A DNA stretch of 64,000 bases from Eledone cirrhosa (taxonomy: Eukaryota). This document shows, one piece after another, positions 55,198-64,000 of the stretch (its first letter is position 1; each line of letters opens with the position of its first letter). Below the pieces are notes generated by a model. The model worked only from the letters and a program-made list of their open reading frames with translations. It searched no databases and was not told the origin of the DNA. The position numbers were made by a program, and so were the translations under genes. The stretch covers positions 60,450,001 through 60,514,000 of the forward strand of contig OZ024745.1 in the NCBI GenBank assembly GCA_964016885.1. The letters run 5' to 3'.

Positions 55198-55361
55198 ATA
55201 TATATTAATATATATATATATTAATATTAATATATATATATATTAATATATATATATATTAATGTATATATATATATATTAATGTATATATATATATATA
55301 TATTAATGTATATATATATATATTAATGTATATATATATATATTAATGTATATATATATTA

Positions 55362-55418
<57 letters not shown>

Positions 55419-55455
55419 TGTATATATATATATATATATATTAATGTATATATAT

Positions 55456-55953
55456 CATCATCATCGTTTAACGTCCATCTTCCACGCTTGCATGGGTTTG
55501 GACGGGAGTTTTCCCACTTGAGACAAGAGTGGTTGTCTCGCTCGCATAGGACTGTCTGGCGGGTTTTCTACGGCTGGATGCCCTTCCTAACACCAACCAC
55601 GTTTACAGTGTGGACTGGGAGATTTTACCGTGTTACCTACACGGCCACATTACAGCGTGGACTGTGTGTTTTTTTGTCGTGACACCTACACGACCACATT
55701 TGTTTCGGACTGGATGTTGTGGTGCCAACATAACTTTACACTGAAAGAGGTGGTGTGGATGGGGTGGGGGTAGTGGGACGGGGGTGTATTTTCTTAGAGG
55801 GGCCTACTGACTGTAGTAGGTTTCACTTTGTACTTAGGTAAGGCGGGTCTTCTCTATTACTGTGTAGCGCCAAAGATCTCGGTCCAGTGACATTGTCTTG
55901 GAGAGGTGTAAGAGTGTGAGGTCGGAATTTATCAAGTTGTCCCAGGTTTTTCT
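55456..55953 (-). mobile_element. RTE 3' end
   Basis: Homologous to 26500-27035. Confidence 0.85.
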
Positions 55954-56080
55954 ATATATATATATATATATATATACATTAATGTATATATATATATATA
56001 TTAATGTATATATATATATATATATTAATGTATATATATATATATATTAATGTATATATATATATATATATATATTAATG

Positions 56081-56200
<120 letters not shown>

Positions 56201-56316
56201 TCTATATATATATATATAAATATATATATTTATTAATCTATATATATATATATATATATATATTAATGTATATATATATATATATTAATGTATATATATA
56301 TATATATATATTAATG

Positions 56317-56544
<228 letters not shown>

Positions 56545-56659
56545 TCTATATATATATATATATATATAAGTTATATGAATCAAAGTTCTGTTTTGAAAAA
56601 ATATATATAACTACAAAAGGTTTTTGTATATGCATAACCATAAATAGTATCCTTAATAC

Positions 56660-56691
<32 letters not shown>

Positions 56692-56774
56692 CGTTATTCC
56701 GGGTTGAATCGGAGGTAACCACAGTAAGTAAGGTACTCAATACATAGCAGAGTATAACAGTTTTAATATAGATG

Positions 56775-56825
56775 AGATTCTACAGGACTAGAACTGTTTC
56801 ATTCATTAGAAATCATCAGGAATCT
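56775..56825 (-). ncRNA. Hammerhead ribozyme (inverted pLTR copy)
   Basis: Reverse complement of 60837-60887. Confidence 0.88.
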
Positions 56826-57386
56826 GGGTATCAAAAAATAAATATGGTATTTATAGGTCTCTACAAGTGGTAGGAGAGGGTGGGGAGTGGGATGGGTGCA
56901 GGTCATTGGTTGATAGAGAAGGGAATTCATTAAAAGCTAATTCTACATAGCTATAGTTAATTTATATTTATTTATGTTTTTAGAGTAACAAAGGCAGACA
57001 GAATTCTATAAACAGGTTCCGGAAGGCATACCATTCCTTGTCAATAAGTTTCTCTTAAGCTAGCAGATGTCTATAAAATCAGTGGGGGGTCATTCATGCT
57101 CGATAGAATTAAAGAAAAGGGAGATTCTTTAAAAGCTAAAGTCATTAAGTTCTGCTAAGTGACAAAGGTCTAGGGAATTCTGCAGACAGATTCAAAATAC
57201 TGAGTGCATATCTTACTATTATCTTCGAACTTCTCTTAAACTAATCAACAATATGCCAAATCAACAGACACATTCACAAAAAAACAAAAAAAACCCCAAA
57301 AAACAAAAAAACAGAAAAACAAAAACAAAAAAAAAAAAACCAAACCTAAAAAAACCCCAAAAAAACACACATACTCACTCACACAC

Positions 57387-57864
57387 CTCCGAAACCAATC
57401 CCCGGACTGGGGCTCTATGTAATTGCCTAAATAAGGAAACATGCCCACTAGAAAACAAATGCCTCACAAACGACATCGTATACAAATGCGATGTCATCTC
57501 GGGCACCGAGGATTGCAAAAAAACTTACATCGGCATGACCTCCAACACCTTTAAGACCCGCTGGTATGCCCATACCCACTCCTTCAGAAGACCGGATAAA
57601 TCAAACCAAACAACACTCGCCTCCTACGTTTGGGACCTCAAAAGGAACTCCACCCCCTTCACGCTTAATTGGAAAATACTCCAGAAAGCGCGCTCTTACG
57701 ACGGAGGACACAAGGGCTGCGACCTTTGTATTTCAGAGAGTTACGAAATTTTATTCGCCAAGGGCCCGCTACTGAACAAACTCTCTGAACACTGCCCGAA
57801 CTGCATGCACAAGAACTTTGCAACATTCAAACACTTTAAGCCAGTGTTAAAGCCCGATGGCTAA
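57387..57864 (+). CDS. 5'-truncated PLE GIY-YIG endonuclease (Naiad-like)
   Basis: CNCLNKETCPLENKCL..IVYKC..YIGMT..FKTRWYAH..CDLCISE..LLN. Confidence 0.85.
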
Positions 57865-58120
57865 AAACGACCTCCCCCTATTGGCCCCTATACCTCCTCC
57901 CCACCCTACCCCCACCCCTCCTCAACCTGTAATACGGCCACTTTGGTCATGTGAGTACCTCTTTTGTATCTACTTTTTCTGCCTGTAGAGGTGTCTTTAT
58001 GTGCCTGTGTATATGCGTATATTTATTGAGTACCTATTTACTTGTATGTGTATATATTTGTTTCTATATGTGTATATGTGTATGTGTTGTGTGTGTATAT
58101 ATATATGTATGTGTATGTAT

Positions 58121-58161
<41 letters not shown>

Positions 58162-58165
58162 TGTA

Positions 58166-58202
<37 letters not shown>

Positions 58203-58219
58203 GTATTTATATTTATGTT

Positions 58220-58252
<33 letters not shown>

Positions 58253-58432
58253 GAGTGTGTGTATGTATGTATATATGTGTATATATATATATATATATAT
58301 GTATATATGTTTGTGTGAATACGTGTTTTATGTGTGTATATTTATGCAGGTATATGTTTGTATGTGTCTGTATATATGTATGTATGTATGTATGTATGTG
58401 TGTGTATGTATGTATATGTATGTGTGTGTGTA

Positions 58433-58515
<83 letters not shown>

Positions 58516-58597
58516 GTATGTATATGTATATGTATATGTATATATTTGTGTTTGCGTATGTGTATGTATGTATGTATTTGTATGTGTCTGTGTATAT

Positions 58598-58677
<80 letters not shown>

Positions 58678-58754
58678 GTATGTGCATGAGAGAGAGAATG
58701 TGTGTGTGTGTATATATATTTTGTGTGTGGGTGTGTGTATGTGTGTATGCACGC

Positions 58755-58848
<94 letters not shown>

Positions 58849-58874
58849 ATGTGTGTGTGTATGCGCGTGTGTGT

Positions 58875-58914
<40 letters not shown>

Positions 58915-59054
58915 ATGTATATATATGTGTGTGTATATGTGCGTTATATCTCTGTATATAAATGTGTATATTTATGTATAGGTCTGCGTATGCATCTGTA
59001 TGTTTGTGTATGTATGGATATATATATACATATGTGTATATGTATGTGTATATG

Positions 59055-59103
<49 letters not shown>

Positions 59104-59196
59104 GTATTTGTATGTGTGTGTATAGAGGGATATATATATATATATGTATATGTGTGTGTGTATGTGCGTGTATGTGTGTATATGTATATATGTATA

Positions 59197-59257
<61 letters not shown>

Positions 59258-59294
59258 GTATGTGTATATGTGTGTGTATGTATGTGTGTATATG

Positions 59295-59349
<55 letters not shown>

Positions 59350-59472
59350 ATGTGTGTGTGTATAGATATTTATACATATGTATACTCGTGTTTGTATGTA
59401 TGCGTGTGAGTGTATTTATTTGTGTATATATATGTGTGTATGTGTGTATGTATGTGTATGTGTGTGTGTATC

Positions 59473-59577
<105 letters not shown>

Positions 59578-59672
59578 GTATATATATGTATGTATATATA
59601 TATATATATGTATGTATATGTATATGTATGTATGTGTGTGTATGTGTGTATATATATATGTGTGTATATATA

Positions 59673-59776
<104 letters not shown>

Positions 59777-59994
59777 GTGTGCGTATGTATATGTGTATAT
59801 GTATTTTATATATGTATGTTTGTATGTATGTGTGTATGTATGTGCGTGTACATGAATATATATTTGTATATATTTATATATTTTTATATCTGTGTATATA
59901 TATGTATGTATATATATATATATGTATGTATATGTATATGTATGTATGTGTGTGTGTGTGTGTATGTGTGTATATATATATGTGTGTATATATA

Positions 59995-60045
<51 letters not shown>

Positions 60046-60052
60046 TTATATA

Positions 60053-60087
<35 letters not shown>

Positions 60088-60836
60088 TGTATGTGTGTGC
60101 GTATGTATATGTGTATATGTATTTTATATATGTATGTTTGTATGTATGTGTGTATGTATGTGCGTGTACATGAATATATATTTGTATATATTTATATATT
60201 TTTTTTTTATATATATATATGTGTGTGTGTTTTTATGTGTGTATATGTGTTTATGTGTGTGTTTATGGTTGCGCGTAAGTGTGTGAGTGAGTATGTGTGT
60301 TTTTTGGGGGTTTTTTTAGGTGTGGTTTTTTTTTTTTTTTTTTTTTTTCTGTTTTTTTGTTTTTTGGGTTTTTTTTGTTTTTTTGTGAATGTGTCTGTTG
60401 ATTTGGCATATTGTTGATTAGTTTAAGAGAAGTTCGAAGATAATAGTAAGATATGCACTCAGTATTTTGAATCTGTCTGCAGAATTCCCTAGACCTTTGT
60501 CACTTAGCAGAACTTAATGACTTTAGCTTTTAAAGAATCTCCCTTTTCTTTAATTCTATCGAGCATGAATGACCCCCCACTGATTTTATAGACATCTGCT
60601 AGCTTAAGAGAAACTTATTGACAAGGAATGGTATGCCTTCCGGAACCTGTTTATAGAATTCTGTCTGCCTTTGTTACTCTAAAAACATAAATAAATATAA
60701 ATTAACTATAGCTATGTAGAATTAGCTTTTAATGAATTCCCTTCTCTATCAACCAATGACCTGCACCCATCCCACTCCCCACCCTCTCCTACCACTTGTA
60801 GAGACCTATAAATACCATATTTATTTTTTGATACCC

Positions 60837-60887
60837 AGATTCCTGATGATTTCTAATGAATGAAACAGTTCTAGTCCTGTAGAATCT
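60837..60887 (+). ncRNA. Type I hammerhead ribozyme
   Basis: AGAUUC CUGAUGA UUUC-UAAU-GAAU GAAA CAG-UUCUAGUC-CUG UA GAAUCU. Confidence 0.9.
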
Positions 60888-60899
60888 CATCTATATTAA

Positions 60900-60976
<77 letters not shown>

Positions 60977-61064
60977 TCTCTCTCTATATATATATATATA
61001 TATTAATCTATATATATATTAATCTATATCTATATCTATATATATATATAAATTAATCTATTAA

Positions 61065-61096
<32 letters not shown>

Positions 61097-61101
<5 letters not shown>

Positions 61102-61545
61102 CATTCGGAGTATCAAATTTCGGAATAGGAGCAATTCCCTCCAGCTAGACCTGAAGAATAGAATTCGTTCTATTAAGGATTCTAACGCCGTGCACGTCCA
61201 TTCCGACAAAACTGGCAACCTATATCAAGTGGAGCGCAGTACTTACCATCAACTACTACATAATGCTGTAACCTCTTTTATACCATAAACGTGGTTCTGT
61301 CTTTGCGCGTAATTGTTTTTCTCCGCTCCTATTAATGACGTATTATTCGTTCTTTCCCGTTCTTTGCCAGCGAACGTTTCCACGAACCAAAGTATCGTCT
61401 TCCTGTTTTACTCCGGTTGCAACGTTTTTTGAAATATCCAGCTCTGCGTTTACAGATTGACTTTGTTAGTTTCAGAAGATCCCGTTAAGGGTGAAAGCAA
61501 CGATTCTTTGCTTAAACTTTAATCTGTTATTTTAATAAATATATA
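61097..61545 (+). mobile_element. PLE fragment: DKT-domain coding piece plus pLTR-like tail
   Basis: LIRSIKFRNRSNSLQ..VHSDKTGNLY..YHQLLHNAVT; tail shared with 6470-6583. Confidence 0.7.
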
Positions 61546-61559
61546 TAAATATATAAAAA

Positions 61560-61594
<35 letters not shown>

Positions 61595-61609
61595 ATATTA
61601 ATCTATCTA

Positions 61610-61648
<39 letters not shown>

Positions 61649-61650
<2 letters not shown>

Positions 61651-64000
61651 AAGGCGGGTAAAATTCCCGAGATCCATGGACGAGTTCTCTCCAGCGGTCT
61701 CTGTCCCTCATTATCGCTGCCATATCCTGCATCTCCAACAGACCAGTGTCTGTCCTTAGGGCATCAACATATGTTAACCTTGGTCTTCCTCTTCTAGTGT
61801 GTCCATGTAGGGGCTCCCAAAGGAGCACTGAGTGCAATGTCAACTCTGGATGTCGGTGAGCATGTCCAGCCAACCTCAGTCTTCTCTGTGTCACCTTTGA
61901 GCTGACTTTTGGGATGCTCCCATACAGCTCTGAGTTTTTCATCCTCAGTGTATACTGATTAATGTTCAGAGCCATCCTCAGCATTCTGGTGTAGCACCCA
62001 TCCACCACCTGAGTGAGTCTCTTGGTCAGTGTCCAAGTCTCAGACCCATACAGCAGCACAGACTCCACTACAGCAATGAAGAGGCGGATTTTCAGGTCTC
62101 TACGAAGGTCCGACTTCCACACCGATCTCAAGCTGTGACACGCCGCCCAGGCCTTGCTCTTCCTCTCAACCACATCATCTTCCGTATTCCCAATCTTTGC
62201 TCCCAAATACAGGAAGTCCTCAACCAATTCCAGCGGCTTCCCGCCTACATTAGTGATCCCCTCTGGGTTCTCAACATTCTCTACCAGATATTTTGTTTTA
62301 GTCTCATTCATTCTCAGCCCACACTCATCGACACAGTCTCAATCTCCCGCATCAAATCCTCTGCCTCCTTCACTGTATTTGTCACCAAAACTATGTCGTC
62401 GGCAAATTCAGCATCCGATACCTTTTTCGCCCCAACTCTCCTGCTCTGAGCCGGTGCTACAGTAAAGCCAGAGTCCTGGTGTTTCTCCAGTGCAAGGCGC
62501 ATACAATAGTCCACTACGATGATAAAAAGGTAGGGAGCCAATGTATCTCCCTGGAGCACTCCAGCCAGTATCTCAAAGAACTCTGTCATCCCATCAGGTG
62601 TAATGACTTGGGCTTTGGTGTTGGTGTAGAGCAGTGATATCAGGTCCACTATCCTCTTGGGGATTCCATAAGCCTGTAAGATCTTCATCAGGCAGTAACG
62701 GTCCACAGAATCAAAGGCCTTCCTAAAGTCAATGAAAACCATGACCGCAGGAAAGCACTTTGCTCTAGCTCCCTCTAATATCCTCCTCAGTATCAGGATG
62801 TGACTGGTGGTTGATCTACCCTCTCTGAAGCCGTTCTGGTTGTCCCTGAGCTTCTTCTCCATCTCAGGCTGGATCCTGTTAAGAATCATCCTGTTGAGGG
62901 TCTTTGCCACAAGTGACGTCAGTGAGATCCCCCGGTAGTTGTTGGTGTTAGAGAGATCTCCCTTCTTTGGCACTGGGACGATGTTACTGATCCTCCACTG
63001 ATTCGGGGCAACTCCTTTCTCCAGCGCCCCGTTACAGAACCCCAGGATGATATCATCAAAATCACACCTCTTCATCACCTCTGATGCCACTCCATCCTCT
63101 CCATGAGCCTTGCCCTCCTTGATCTTCTTCTTGGCTCTCTGAAGCTCCTCTCTGGTGAAGGGCTCTGTCTCAACATCCAGTTCCTCAAACAGCCGCCTGA
63201 TCTCCCCAGTGCTCTGGGCTGTGGAGGGTGGCTCTCCTAGTAGGGTCCTAAAATGGTCTAGCCATTTCCTCTTCCTATCCTCGGGCCCCGTTCCCTGGAC
63301 CTGACTCGAACACCTTTTCTTCCTCCCTGTGATCTCGTTGATGATCATCCAGCTCTCCTTACATCCAGATCTGTCAACCGCTCTCTCCACACTTCTCATC
63401 TTCTCTATCAGTGCCTCCTCTCTGACCTCAGTGTAAGCGGTACAGAGCTCTTCCCTCATCACCTCCACAGTCTCCATCCTCTCCTCCGTAGGATCAGCAT
63501 AGAATTGGTCCCTGGCAGCTTTCAGGTGTTCTCTGGCTGCACACACTTTTGGGTTTGCAGAGCTGACGTGCTTCCCTTTGTTCTTTTTCCTCGGCACCAG
63601 GGTTTCACTTGCTTTCGCCACTGCATTGGTGAAGTTCCCGTACCTCCTCGTCACACTCTCCTCAGTCCATCCAATCTCTCTCTCCTCTGACTCTCCACAC
63701 AGAGCACTAAACCTGTTTCTCACTTCCACTGTGAACCTCTCCTGTAGCTTATCATCTTCCTTGAAAGCTCCCCAGTCATAGATTGTTCTCCGGGGCTGAG
63801 CCTTACTCTTTCTTAAGCTCACGCGGACCTCACTCATAACAAGCCGGTGGTCACTACCCAGTGTACTGAAATAGCTGTATGGTTCCGTTTTCAGAACACT
63901 ATTCCGCCACTTTTTCCTCACCAGAATGAAATCAATCTGGGACTTGGACAGGTGCACATCTGAGATGTAGGTCCACATCTTCCCCAGATTCTTCCTAAAC
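61649..64000 (-). mobile_element. RTE-clade LINE (end of APE + RT), one frameshift at ~62313, continues past window end
   Basis: QIDFIL, SDH, PKKGDL..NYRGISL, FIDFRKAFDS, GVLQGDTLAP, FADD. Confidence 0.95.

Overview
Eukaryotic, repeat-dense, AT-rich genomic DNA, most likely cephalopod/octopus (inferred from Ceph-type tRNA SINEs, RTE LINE families and very large (TA)n tracts). The only clearly intact host gene is an intronless linker histone H1 (12344-12889, minus strand). A diverged H1 pseudogene sits in a ~2-kb duplicate 30 kb away, with a DD37D (maT) transposon in its 5' UTR. The rest is transposon-derived: RTE LINEs (one with a twin-priming inversion), CRE-like and Tx1/L1-like fragments, a mariner relic, MITEs, a Helitron/Helentron-like element and Penelope-like elements (PLEs). 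The main hidden signal: many short unique-looking islands between (TA)n tracts carry type I hammerhead ribozyme (HHR) motifs. I count about 18 motifs from about 13 different sequences, often in inverted-repeat or palindromic arrangements, and they generally point 3' toward a nearby (TA)n tract. They include dimer-type minimal forms, forms with ~50-110-nt stem II inserts, and a recurring CCGANGA core variant. All structures were folded by eye; no computation or database search was run.
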